This document shows, one piece after another, positions 9,718 to 19,456 of a stretch of 64,000 bases of DNA. Position 1 is the stretch's first letter. Each line of letters opens with the position of its first letter. A program made the translations under genes and the position numbers. The stretch covers positions 20,130 through 84,129 of the forward strand of contig JAGCZS010000003.1 in NCBI GenBank assembly GCA_017959905.1, written 5' to 3'. The DNA comes from Bacilli bacterium (GTDB taxonomy: Bacteria; Bacillota_I; Bacilli_A; RFN20; CAG-826). The notes under the pieces are model-generated. The model did no database searches, was not told the DNA's origin, and was given only the letters and a program-made list of their open reading frames with translations.

Positions 9718-9849
9718 TTAATTATCATTTAAATCACATTTTTTTTTGCAATTACAACAATCACATTTTTTTTTAAAACAAACATGGTAAGCCAAATATA
9801 AAAAAATTATTGCCGAAAACAAAATGATTAAAATTTCAACTATATTCAT
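9718..9849 (-). CDS. FeoB-associated Cys-rich small membrane protein (43 aa)
   Basis: Below the ORF-track size cutoff. Manual translation gives MNIVEILIILFSAIIFLYLAYHVCFKKKCDCCNCKKKCDLNDN, one TM helix plus a basic Cys-rich tail. Its ATG overlaps the feoB TGA (ATGA at 9846-9849). Confidence 0.6.
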   Translation of the reverse strand: MNIVEILIILFSAIIFLYLAYHVCFKKKCDCCNCKKKCDLNDN

Positions 9850-11810
9850 AAAAATAATCCCCACATGCCTATTAAAGTAGCAATAATCCAAGCAAATGAT
9901 AATTCAAATATCATTATAAAAAAAACTTTTTTAACAGATCTAAGTTCTGATGATATCGCAGATAACGTGCAAAAACACGGTATAGTAAACAAATTAAATG
10001 TCAAAAACGCAAAAGAAGCCAAAGCATCCTTTAAAAAAGATATTTTTTCAAAACCTATTATTTTAATCGATGAAATAATTTGTTCTTTATCTATTAAACC
10101 GTATAAACTAATAACACTAGCCGACCACTCATTTCTTCCACCAAGCATTAAGTAAAAAAACCACGAAAAAAAATGTCCGATGTTCGCTAAAATAGAATCG
10201 TCAACATTGCCATTCGTAAAATTAAAATGCATATTAAAAGAAATTAAAAACCATAAAATTATTGAAAAAAATAAAATTGTTGTTCCTATTTTTCTTGTAA
10301 AAAAAATCATTTTTTTAGCCGACTCACGAAAAATATATCTAAAATTTGCCATTTTATACGTTGGCAATTCATCGACATAAATTTCGCTGTGTTTTGAAAA
10401 AAATATTTTTTTAAAAATTAAAGATAGGAAAATAGTAAAAATAATCGACTCTAAATAAAATAATAATATGAATAAAAAGCTTAATTTATTAAAAAACGCA
10501 ATAGACGATATTAAAAACATAATAACGGCTAATTTTGTATTACAAATTATAAAAGGTAATAAAACAATAACTTTTTTTCTTTCAGAATCGTTGCCGATTG
10601 TGCGCGTATTAATTATTCCAGAAACAGTACATTCCATACTAACTATAAATGGTATTATGGATTTTCCATTTAAACCAAGTTTATGCAATAAATAATCAAA
10701 AGAAAAAGCGATACGCGAAACATATCCGGTAGATTCCATAACCAACAAGCAAAAGAAAAAAATAGTAATTTGCGGAATTATAGTCGCAATAACAGACATG
10801 CCTGGTATAATGCCGTCAAGAACAAAAGATGTTACGATGCTAGAAATACCAAAATCAATAAATTTTTTTTTAATAAAATTTGATAAACTAAAAAAAATTT
10901 TTTCAATAAAACTTCCTAACAAATGTCGTGTAAAGATTGTCGAAATATAGAATATAGTGCTCATTACGATCAAAAAAATAGGAATTGCCAAAAATTTATT
11001 TAAAACAATTTTGTCTATTCGATCGCTTAAATTATTTTTTGCTTTTGGTATGGAAAAAAAATTACATGTTATATTTTTGGAAACATAATTATATCGCAAA
11101 AAGGCGACTAATTCTTCAGCGTCTAAATTAAATTTGTCTAAAATATTTTTTCTTTGACTAATTTTACTATCATCGTTAATATTTTTGCAATATTCTAAAT
11201 CATTTTCAAATATTTGCACTGCCTTAAAATAACTATGTTTTTTGTCTTTGAATGTATTAGCAATATCATCAAGAACAGCCAAAACATCTCTTGGATAAAT
11301 TTTATTAACCACAGAATTACTTTTTTTTAAGTATTTTTTTTGAATAATTGTATCGACTAGATCACCAATTCCACGATTTTCAGCTGTAGAGATAGGTAAT
11401 ATCGTTACACCTAATTCTTTTTCAATTGCATCTATATCTATTTTTATCTTTTGTTTCTTAACGATATCATACATATTTAGAACAATAATTACATCGACGT
11501 CTAACTCTAATAATCGTGTTGTCAGATATAAACTTCTTTCTAAAACAGTTGCATCTAAAACATTTATAACAAGGTCTATTTTTTCTTTTAGAATAAACTC
11601 GCACGAAATCTTTTCCTCAAAAGAATACGGCGAAAAAGAATAAATACCAGGTAAATCAAAAATTTTAAATTGTTTTGTTCTATTTAAACTTTCGGCAATA
11701 TCTATAGTAACGCCAGGCCAATTACCGACTTTTTGATTATTACCAGTCAAAGCATTAAAAAGAGAAGTTTTCCCAGAATTTTGATTGCCTACTAAAGCTA
11801 CTTTTAACAT
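9846..11810 (-). CDS. feoB: ferrous iron transporter FeoB
   Basis: N-terminal G-domain ALVGNQNSGKTSLFNALTG...DLPGIYS, followed by a polytopic permease domain; 654 aa. It is preceded by feoA. Confidence 0.95.
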   Translation of the reverse strand: MLKVALVGNQNSGKTSLFNALTGNNQKVGNWPGVTIDIAESLNRTKQFKIFDLPGIYSFSPYSFEEKISCEFILKEKIDLVINVLDATVLERSLYLTTRLLELDVDVIIVLNMYDIVKKQKIKIDIDAIEKELGVTILPISTAENRGIGDLVDTIIQKKYLKKSNSVVNKIYPRDVLAVLDDIANTFKDKKHSYFKAVQIFENDLEYCKNINDDSKISQRKNILDKFNLDAEELVAFLRYNYVSKNITCNFFSIPKAKNNLSDRIDKIVLNKFLAIPIFLIVMSTIFYISTIFTRHLLGSFIEKIFFSLSNFIKKKFIDFGISSIVTSFVLDGIIPGMSVIATIIPQITIFFFCLLVMESTGYVSRIAFSFDYLLHKLGLNGKSIIPFIVSMECTVSGIINTRTIGNDSERKKVIVLLPFIICNTKLAVIMFLISSIAFFNKLSFLFILLFYLESIIFTIFLSLIFKKIFFSKHSEIYVDELPTYKMANFRYIFRESAKKMIFFTRKIGTTILFFSIILWFLISFNMHFNFTNGNVDDSILANIGHFFSWFFYLMLGGRNEWSASVISLYGLIDKEQIISSIKIIGFEKISFLKDALASFAFLTFNLFTIPCFCTLSAISSELRSVKKVFFIMIFELSFAWIIATLIGMWGLFL

Positions 11811-11823
11811 ATTTAATTTATTT

Positions 11824-12045
11824 TTATTGAACTAATGATAAATTAACAAAATCTAAATTGGCTTTATCAATACATAAATAATAATTTCTTAAAAAAATAA
11901 CAAAACAATTTCCAAATGGGGCTGCTTTTTTTATTTGAAAAATCGTCCCTTTTACAAGCCCCATGTCTAAAAGCTTTCGTCTTAATTGTAAATTACCGTT
12001 TTTAAAACCTAAAACAACATATTTATCATTAATAGAAAATTTCAT
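11824..12045 (-). CDS. feoA: ferrous iron transport protein FeoA
   Basis: The 73-aa SH3-like protein has LRRKLLDMGLVKGTIFQIKKAAPFG, as in FeoA. Its ATG overlaps the fba TGA (ATGA). Confidence 0.85.
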   Translation of the reverse strand: MKFSINDKYVVLGFKNGNLQLRRKLLDMGLVKGTIFQIKKAAPFGNCFVIFLRNYYLCIDKANLDFVNLSLVQ

Positions 12046-12896
12046 TTCTCTTTTTCTCTACAATCAAACACAGAACATCTATTTTTAGCGACCTTTTCAA
12101 GGGCTTTCATAGCAATACCCATTATTTTTCGATATGCATAAACGTTCTTATCGCTAGCTAAAAAGTTTCTAATTTCATCTGCGAAAGCTTGCTGAAATTC
12201 AGTATTAACATTTATTTTTGATATTCCATTTTTAATCGATTTTCGTATTTGATCGTCTGGTATTCCCGAACCGCCATGCAAAACGAGCGGTATTTTAATT
12301 AAATCGCTAATTTTTTTCATCCTATCAAAATCTAATTTTGGTTCGCTTACATAAATACCATGAGCGCTTCCTAAAGCCGGCGCTAAAAAATCAATCCCTG
12401 TCTCACGAACAAAAATCTGACATTCTTCTGGGTCTGCGAGAACGCTAACGTTTTCTTTTCCTACTTCTTGCGTGGAAATATGCCCAATTTCTCCTTCGAC
12501 CGAAACATTTCTTGTTTTTGCATATTCAACTACCTGTTTAACAATTGAAATATTTTGTTCAAGCGAAAAGCTAGAAGCGTCAATCATAACACTTGTAAAC
12601 CCAGCATCTATAGCATTTTTACAACTTTCAAAAGATTTTCCGTGATCAACATGTAAAACAACTGGAATTGTTATATTTTTAAAACTAATATAATCTTTAA
12701 CAATATCCGCAACTAATTTCCAACCGCCAAAATATTCAGCTGCCTTTTCCGATACTCCTAAAATTACTGACTTGTTCAATTCTTGCATTGTATCCAAAAT
12801 TGCTTTAACCCATTCTAAACTGTTTATGTTAAAATGCGGAACAGCATAATGCTCTGCATACGCTTTATTTAAAATTTCTTTTGCATTCACTAACAT
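12042..12896 (-). CDS. fba: class II fructose-1,6-bisphosphate aldolase
   Basis: AVPHFNINSLEW...LHVDHGKSFE...MIDAS...EGEIGHI...HGGSGIP are the class II FBA metal and active-site motifs. Confidence 0.95.
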   Translation of the reverse strand: MLVNAKEILNKAYAEHYAVPHFNINSLEWVKAILDTMQELNKSVILGVSEKAAEYFGGWKLVADIVKDYISFKNITIPVVLHVDHGKSFESCKNAIDAGFTSVMIDASSFSLEQNISIVKQVVEYAKTRNVSVEGEIGHISTQEVGKENVSVLADPEECQIFVRETGIDFLAPALGSAHGIYVSEPKLDFDRMKKISDLIKIPLVLHGGSGIPDDQIRKSIKNGISKINVNTEFQQAFADEIRNFLASDKNVYAYRKIMGIAMKALEKVAKNRCSVFDCREKEK

Positions 12897-12918
12897 AATT
12901 TTTATTCTTTATATTTTT

Positions 12919-13125
12919 TTATAAACTCCAAACATCATCAGAAAACGAAAATCGTCCATCAACTGTTAACTGATTATAAAAATCAACTTTTTTATTTTTT
13001 TTTTCTTCATTATCAAATGCAAATTCTTGAACTATTTTATCCCAAATATCATTAAAAGATGCTTTTTTTTGTTCTTTTAAAATTTCATAAGCAAAATCTA
13101 TCATTGATTTATCAACATATTTCAT
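12919..13125 (-). CDS. rpoE: RNA polymerase delta subunit, N-terminal (HARE-HTH) domain only
   Basis: SMIDFAYEILKEQKKASFNDIWDKIVQEF...VDFYNQLTVDGRFSFSDDVWSL aligns from memory with B. subtilis RpoE MALVEIAHELFEEHKKPVPFQELLNEI...AQFYTDLNIDGRFLALSDQTWGL. It sits between argS and fba. The ORF stops at 68 aa with no acidic tail. Confidence 0.7.
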   Translation of the reverse strand: MKYVDKSMIDFAYEILKEQKKASFNDIWDKIVQEFAFDNEEKKNKKVDFYNQLTVDGRFSFSDDVWSL

Positions 13126-13150
13126 CTTACACCTCTATTAATATTTTTTT

Positions 13151-14773
13151 TTACATTTGCGTCACTGTCTTTATGCCTAAAATGTCCAACGCGTTTTCTA
13201 AAACAATTTTTATCGCTGCAATTAAACCCAATCTACTTGATGATAATGATTTATTTTTTTCGTCGACAATACGATATTTATTATAATATGAATGAATTAA
13301 TTTTGCCAATGAGAAAACATAATTGGCTATTAAATGAACCTCATAATTTTTCGAAACTGTTTTTATAATATTGGGAAAATCATACAAAAATTTTACTATT
13401 TCTTTTTCTTCGGCTGTTGTTAGTAAATTTCCTTCATAATTTTTTCTAATTTTTTTTTCTTGGGCCATTTTTAAAACGCTATGCAATCGAACATACGCAT
13501 ATAAAATATAATGAACTGGATTGTTATTATCGTTTTTTCTAGCTAAAGAATAATCAAAATCGACATGAGTATTATTGTTTTTTGATATTAAAAAATAACG
13601 TATTGAATTCATTGATATCTCATCACTTAGTTCTTTTAATGACACCATTTCGCCTGTTCTTTTGCTCATTTTATATTCTTTTTTGTCCTTAATAAAACGA
13701 ACTATTTGAATAATCTTGACAATTAATTTTTTTTCATCAAATCCACGCATCATTAAAGCACTTTTCAAACGATTAATATATCCGTGATGATCAGCTCCTA
13801 AAACATCTATTAATTTATCGTAACCTCTTTCGATTTTATTGTAGTGATATATAATATCCGGAAAAAAATAAGTAAATAATCCGTCTTTTTTAATAACGAC
13901 TCTGTCTTTATCGTCTAAAAATAATGCAGTTTTAATAAATTTTGCGCCATCTTTTTCATAAATATAATTATTTGATTTTAAAAAATTTAAAACGCTTTCA
14001 ATTTTTGCGTTCTTACAAATATCTGTTTCGTGCGTAACAACATCAAATTTTTTTACATTGAATTTTGATAGGATGTCAAAAATATTTTTTAATTCTTCTT
14101 TAATAGCAAATTTAGAAAAAAAATCAATCTTTTTGTTAAGAGCCTCATCGTTATAATGTCGCTTAATTTTTCGCGCTACTTCAATTATATCTTTGCCTTT
14201 GTATTCTAGCTCTAAAGTGGCTTTTTTTTTATTAAAAAATTCTAAATATCTATAGTAAACAGATTCGCCTAATTTTTTAATTTGATTACCAGCATCATTA
14301 ACATAATATTCTCTAGTTACATCATATCCTGAAAAACTTAATACCCGCGATAAAACATCACCATATGCCGCTCCTCTGGCGTGCCCAATATGAATTTCAC
14401 CTGTTGGATTAGCGCTTACAAATTCAATATTAATTTTCTCGTTCTTTTTTTTATCGCTTCCGTATTTTTTGCCATATTTAATAATTTTTTTAATTATCAA
14501 AAATATGCTTTGTTTGTTAATAAAAAAATTAATAAAACCCGGTTTAACAATTTCTATTTTTTTAATATTTTCATTATTAAACAATGCAACAATTTTATTT
14601 GCTAATTCATACGGATTACGTTTGTTTTTTTTCCCTATTATAAAAGCAACATTAGTCGTTAAATCGCCGAATTTATTATTTGTTAAAACACTAACATTAA
14701 CATCGCCAATAGAAAAACTTACATTAATGCTTTTTAAAATTTTAATAATATCGGTTTTTATATTTTCAATCAT
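13151..14773 (-). CDS. argS: arginine--tRNA ligase
   Basis: SANPTGEIHIGHARG (HIGH) and MSKRTGEMV (KMSK) motifs, 540 aa, and a C-terminal DALR-type anticodon-binding region. Confidence 0.95.
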   Translation of the reverse strand: MIENIKTDIIKILKSINVSFSIGDVNVSVLTNNKFGDLTTNVAFIIGKKNKRNPYELANKIVALFNNENIKKIEIVKPGFINFFINKQSIFLIIKKIIKYGKKYGSDKKKNEKINIEFVSANPTGEIHIGHARGAAYGDVLSRVLSFSGYDVTREYYVNDAGNQIKKLGESVYYRYLEFFNKKKATLELEYKGKDIIEVARKIKRHYNDEALNKKIDFFSKFAIKEELKNIFDILSKFNVKKFDVVTHETDICKNAKIESVLNFLKSNNYIYEKDGAKFIKTALFLDDKDRVVIKKDGLFTYFFPDIIYHYNKIERGYDKLIDVLGADHHGYINRLKSALMMRGFDEKKLIVKIIQIVRFIKDKKEYKMSKRTGEMVSLKELSDEISMNSIRYFLISKNNNTHVDFDYSLARKNDNNNPVHYILYAYVRLHSVLKMAQEKKIRKNYEGNLLTTAEEKEIVKFLYDFPNIIKTVSKNYEVHLIANYVFSLAKLIHSYYNKYRIVDEKNKSLSSSRLGLIAAIKIVLENALDILGIKTVTQM

Positions 14774-15248
14774 TTTTATTTTTTGTTAATAAAACAATAG
14801 CGCTAACAACGATCGATTGACCTTTTCCGACGGAATCAAATCCTTCATTAGTGCAAGCTTTAACAGAAATTTGTTCAACGCTTATATTAATAAGTTTAGA
14901 TAAATTTCTTCTTATTTTCAAAATATATGTTGATAAATTTGGTTTTTCTAAAAAAATAGAAGCATCAATATTATTTATTGAGTATTTTTTGTCGGCCATT
15001 TTTTTACATACAAAATTCAATATTTTAACACTATTAATATTTTTGTTTTCTTTACTATTAGGAAAATGTCTTCCTAAGTCACCAAGAGCCAAAGCTCCAA
15101 GAATAGCTTCACTAATAGCATGGATTAAAACGTCACCATCACTAAACGCTTCTTCTCCTTTAGAAAAATTAATTTTTACACCACCCAGTATTAATGGACG
15201 ATTCTTTACTAATTTATGAATATCGCTGGAATAACCTATCCTTAACAT
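14766..15248 (-). CDS. ispF: 2-C-methyl-D-erythritol 2,4-cyclodiphosphate synthase
   Basis: RIGYSSDIHKL...GGVKI...SDGDVLIHAISEAILGALALGDLGRHFP is the IspF Zn and active-site signature; 160 aa. Confidence 0.9.
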   Translation of the reverse strand: MLRIGYSSDIHKLVKNRPLILGGVKINFSKGEEAFSDGDVLIHAISEAILGALALGDLGRHFPNSKENKNINSVKILNFVCKKMADKKYSINNIDASIFLEKPNLSTYILKIRRNLSKLINISVEQISVKACTNEGFDSVGKGQSIVVSAIVLLTKNKND

Positions 15249-15259
15249 TTGTTTTAATT

Positions 15260-16363
15260 CTAAACGTTAAACCTAAAAAATATAATATCCCCATCTTTTA
15301 CTTGGTAATTTTTTCCTTCTAAACGCAATTTGCCACTTTCCTTAATTTTTTGTTCGCTACCCAACAATTTAAAATCTTCATAATTATAAACTTCTGCTTT
15401 TATAAAACCGCGCTTTATATCGCTATGAATAATTCCAGCACATTCTTCAGCGGTAGAACCATTTTTAAAAGTCCAAGCCTTACACTCATCGCTTCCCACA
15501 GTAAAAAAAGTTGATAAACCAAGTAAATTATTACAAACCATTGTTAATTTATTTATGCATGACATTTCATTATTGACACCTACTGATTCCAATAAAAATT
15601 TTTTGTCGTCCTCAGAACAGGTCGAAATTTGTTGTTCAAAATTACAGCATATTGGTATAACATGTGTTTTATCACCAACAATATCTTTTATTTTTTTAAT
15701 AAAATAATCAGTATTTTTTAAATCTTCCAAACTAATATTGGCCACAAAAACTATCGGTTTTATTGAAAATAAACGCAGTTCATGAAAAAAATAATTGTAT
15801 ATTTCGCTACCAAAATCGATGCTATACAACATTTTAAAATCGTTAAGATATTTTTCAGCAAGATTCAACGCTTCCAGTTCAAATAAACTTTTTTTATCAT
15901 TTGTATTTTTTAATCGCGATTGATTTTTATTTATTTTATCGACAACAATTTCAAGATCTGCCATTATTAACTCTAATTCAATAATTTTTATATCTCTTTC
16001 TATATCTACATTACCTTCAACATGCGTAATATTAACGTCTTTAAAGCACCTAACAACTTCAACTAAAACGTCACATTCGCGTATTTGGGAAAGAAACCGA
16101 TTTCCCAAACCTTCTCCTTTTGATGCGCCTTTTACTAAACCAGCTATATCAAAAAATTTAAAAGTAGCATACGTTTTTTTTTCAGGTTTAAAAACTGATG
16201 ATAAATAATCTAAACGATCATCAATTATCGGAACCACTGCAATATTTGGATCAATTGTTGCAAACGGATAATTGGCAGCCACCACATTTAACTTAGTAAT
16301 GGCATTAAATAAAGTCGATTTGCCTACGTTAGGCAATCCTATAATACCTGTCTTAAGAGCCAT
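15260..16363 (-). CDS. ychF: ribosome-binding ATPase YchF
   Basis: GIIGLPNVGKSTLFNA and DIAGLVKGASKGEGLGNRFL motifs, and a C-terminal TGS-like region ending ...DGDIIFFRFNV. Confidence 0.95.
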   Translation of the reverse strand: MALKTGIIGLPNVGKSTLFNAITKLNVVAANYPFATIDPNIAVVPIIDDRLDYLSSVFKPEKKTYATFKFFDIAGLVKGASKGEGLGNRFLSQIRECDVLVEVVRCFKDVNITHVEGNVDIERDIKIIELELIMADLEIVVDKINKNQSRLKNTNDKKSLFELEALNLAEKYLNDFKMLYSIDFGSEIYNYFFHELRLFSIKPIVFVANISLEDLKNTDYFIKKIKDIVGDKTHVIPICCNFEQQISTCSEDDKKFLLESVGVNNEMSCINKLTMVCNNLLGLSTFFTVGSDECKAWTFKNGSTAEECAGIIHSDIKRGFIKAEVYNYEDFKLLGSEQKIKESGKLRLEGKNYQVKDGDIIFFRFNV

Positions 16364-16817
16364 AATTTTCTAGCATATTAACGCGTTTTAAATGTCGCCC
16401 CCCTTCAAAATTAGTATTTAAAAAAATATCAATTCTGCGTTTACAATCTTCCAAAGTCATAAAACTTGATCCAAACGCTATTGCATTAGCATTATTGTGT
16501 TGCCGCATTAAGCGAACAACATCATCATCATACCCAATTCCACATCTAATATTTTTGAAACGATTTGCCGCTATCGAAATACCAATTCCAGTTTTGCAAA
16601 ATAAAATAATAAAAATATTTTCTTTATTTTTATAAGTAGAAAATTTTTTAAAAACATCATCAACAATTTTTGGATAGTCACAAGAATCACTAAAAAAAGT
16701 GCCGACATCATCAATTAAGTAATGTTTACTTTCTAAATATTCTTTTATATCATTTTTATATGCAAAACCGCCATGATCGCTAGCGATAATTATATTTTTT
16801 ACATTTGTGTTATTCAT
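16353..16817 (-). CDS. rpiB: ribose-5-phosphate isomerase B
   Basis: IIIASDHGGFAYK...LFCKTGIGISIAANR...LMRQHNNANAIAFG is the RpiB/LacAB family pattern. Confidence 0.9.
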   Translation of the reverse strand: MNNTNVKNIIIASDHGGFAYKNDIKEYLESKHYLIDDVGTFFSDSCDYPKIVDDVFKKFSTYKNKENIFIILFCKTGIGISIAANRFKNIRCGIGYDDDVVRLMRQHNNANAIAFGSSFMTLEDCKRRIDIFLNTNFEGGRHLKRVNMLENYGS

Positions 16818-16860
16818 TTATGCTTTTAATAATAATCTTTTTCAATTTCATTTATTTTGG

Positions 16861-17481
16861 TCATGTATTATCGTAAATTCTTTCAAGAACGCTTGACGAT
16901 ATTTTTCCATGCCTTAGCACTCTTATTTTATCATTTTCAAAAGTTATTATCGTTGAAGCTTTATCACTTAAAATGGTGTTTGTTTTTACAATTGCTTTAA
17001 TTTGATTGTCAAAATTCTTTTTTATTTCATCTATGCTGTTTAATGGCTTTTGGCCGCTAATATTTAATGATGGAGCTAAAATAGCTTTATTTATAAAATC
17101 AATTATTTTTAAAATAATTTTACATTTTGGTATACGAATGCCGATTGTCTTATTACAAATTAAATTACTAGGAACAGATTTTTTTGCTGGTAAAATAACT
17201 GTTATTGGACCTGGCAATATTTTTTTTAAAAATTTTTTTATCTTTTTGTTTGAAAAAATAGCATATTTGTTGATATCACTAAACTTTGACAACATAAAAG
17301 TATATGGCTTGTTTTCGCTTCGCTTTTTTAGAATATTGAGTTTTTTATAAGCATTAAAATTATCATAAACACACCCAACACCATAAACAGTTTCCGTTGG
17401 AAAAGCTACTAAATAACCGTATTTTAATAATTTACTGGCTATTTTTAAATTATTTTTTTTTAATGGATCTAGTACTAGCAT
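16861..17481 (-). CDS. tsaC: L-threonylcarbamoyladenylate synthase (YrdC/Sua5 domain, YwlC-like)
   Basis: VAFPTETVYGVGC...KRSENKPYTFML...PGPITVIL...IGIRIP...APSLNISG is the YrdC fold. It sits between prmC and rpiB as in Bacillus. Confidence 0.85.
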   Translation of the reverse strand: MLVLDPLKKNNLKIASKLLKYGYLVAFPTETVYGVGCVYDNFNAYKKLNILKKRSENKPYTFMLSKFSDINKYAIFSNKKIKKFLKKILPGPITVILPAKKSVPSNLICNKTIGIRIPKCKIILKIIDFINKAILAPSLNISGQKPLNSIDEIKKNFDNQIKAIVKTNTILSDKASTIITFENDKIRVLRHGKISSSVLERIYDNT

Positions 17482-18341
17482 TTTTGTCTTTTTATTATTA
17501 AAACTAAAAATCGTATTTTTTTTGCCATATCTTTGTGATATTGATATTCGTAATCATATTTCTTTAAATATTTAAATAATAAATTATTCAAAAGATTTAC
17601 ACAATCTTCAGAAATTTCAAATATTACCAATGCCGGGAGTGATAAATAGCTTACATTTTTTAAAATCTTTTTATAAACATTATTAGTCTTTGTAATAAAT
17701 AAAGCTTTATGAGGCTCATGTTTTAAAACGCTTTTTTCAACTGTCGTTTTATCATGTATATATGGCGGATTTGATATTACTACATCGTATTTTTTATCAT
17801 TATTTTTTCTTTTCGGAAATGTATCAGCATAATAAAAAAAAACATCTACCTTAAGATTACTGGCGTTTTTTTTAGCAACCTTTAAAGCCTTTTTAGAAAT
17901 ATCAACCGCATAAACATTAAATTCAGGAAATTTTTTTTTTATTTCAATTGCGATAACACCACTGCCTGTTCCGACATCTAAAATATTCAAATTTCTTTTT
18001 TTATATTTTTGTATAAAGTAGTTAATTTTTTTAAAAAAAAGATCAACAAGTTCTTCGGTTTCTTGTCGCGGTATTAGAACGTTTTTATTAATAAAAAACT
18101 TATTTTTCAAAAAAAATGTTTCATTTAAAAGATATTCAATTGGAAAATCTTTTATTTTGTTAAAAGCTTTTTCTATTTTTTGTATATGTTTGACCTCATC
18201 ATTAATTTTTAAATAGAAAGATAATATAGGGTCTATATTTTGATAAAAAGAGATCAAATGGCGGATATCAAATTCACTAATTTTATAGTTATATTTATGC
18301 TTTTTGTTTATTAACGCGCTATATAACTCAAATATTTTCAT
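17475..18341 (-). CDS. prmC: release factor glutamine N5-methyltransferase PrmC
   Basis: VLIPRQETEELV...ILDVGTGSGVIAI...VISNPPYI (NPPY) motifs. It lies immediately downstream of prfA. Confidence 0.9.
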   Translation of the reverse strand: MKIFELYSALINKKHKYNYKISEFDIRHLISFYQNIDPILSFYLKINDEVKHIQKIEKAFNKIKDFPIEYLLNETFFLKNKFFINKNVLIPRQETEELVDLFFKKINYFIQKYKKRNLNILDVGTGSGVIAIEIKKKFPEFNVYAVDISKKALKVAKKNASNLKVDVFFYYADTFPKRKNNDKKYDVVISNPPYIHDKTTVEKSVLKHEPHKALFITKTNNVYKKILKNVSYLSLPALVIFEISEDCVNLLNNLLFKYLKKYDYEYQYHKDMAKKIRFLVLIIKRQKC

Positions 18342-18388
18342 TTTCTATAATATCAATGAGGCAAATATGTTAAATTATAACGATCAAT

Positions 18389-19456
18389 TTAACTATTGTT
18401 ATGTAATAAAAGCGCATCGATTACGATATCCATATCGCCATCCATAATTGTATCTAACTTTTTGACAGTAAAATTAATACGATGATCGGTTACACGATTA
18501 TCTGGAAAATTATACGTCCTTATTTTTTCGCTGCGCTCACCACTTCCTAACTTTAATTTTCTTTCAGCTTCGTTTTTTTGCTGTTGTTCTAACAACTTTT
18601 TTTGATATATTTTAGCCATTAACATTTCCATGCATATTTTACGGTTCTGCAATTGACTTTTTTCTGTTTGACAATAAACAACTATACCCGTCGGTATATG
18701 CGTAATTCGAACAGCCGATTCTGTTTTATTAACATTCTGTCCGCCTGCGCCTTGACTACGAAAAGTATCGGTCTTTAATTCACTTGGTTTAATAGAAACA
18801 TCTATTTCTTTTGCCTCAGGCATTACAAGAACTAATGCTGTTGATGTATGAATACGACCGTTTGCCTCTGTTTTCGGAATTCTTTGAACCCTATGTACGC
18901 CTGACTCATATTTTAATTTTGAATAAACATCTTCGCCTATTATTTTAAATACAACATCTATTCCGCCAATACCATCATGTATAGCGCTTAAAATTTTAGT
19001 AGACCATGATTTTTTTACTGCGAATTTTGTATACATTCGAAATAAATCTGCAGCAAATAAACTTGCTTCATCACCACCAACAGCCCCTTTTATTTCCATT
19101 ATGACATTTCTACAATCGCTATCTTCTTTGGGATAAAATAAAAAATTTATATCATTTGTTATTTTTCCAATAATTTCTTTTTTGTGCTTATACTCGCTTC
19201 TGGCCAAAGATGAAGTTTCTTTGTTATCGTCATTAAACAAACCCTCTAAATACTTTAAATTATCCATTTCTAAGCAATAATTAGAAAATAAAGATAAAAT
19301 TTTTTCATAAAGTGCCCTATTTTTTAACAATTCTTCAAATCGTTGTCTATCTTTTGCAATACTTACGTCCTGCAAATTTATATCGATTTCTTTTATTTTT
19401 TTTTCTACGTTTTTTATCTTATCTATAATCGCAGCGCTTAAAAATTCTTTTTCCAT
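18389..19456 (-). CDS. prfA: peptide chain release factor 1
   Basis: The RIPKTE tripeptide region (P[AV]T-like) and the SQGAGGQNVNKTESAVRITHIPTG GGQ motif; 355 aa. Confidence 0.95.
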   Translation of the reverse strand: MEKEFLSAAIIDKIKNVEKKIKEIDINLQDVSIAKDRQRFEELLKNRALYEKILSLFSNYCLEMDNLKYLEGLFNDDNKETSSLARSEYKHKKEIIGKITNDINFLFYPKEDSDCRNVIMEIKGAVGGDEASLFAADLFRMYTKFAVKKSWSTKILSAIHDGIGGIDVVFKIIGEDVYSKLKYESGVHRVQRIPKTEANGRIHTSTALVLVMPEAKEIDVSIKPSELKTDTFRSQGAGGQNVNKTESAVRITHIPTGIVVYCQTEKSQLQNRKICMEMLMAKIYQKKLLEQQQKNEAERKLKLGSGERSEKIRTYNFPDNRVTDHRINFTVKKLDTIMDGDMDIVIDALLLHNNS

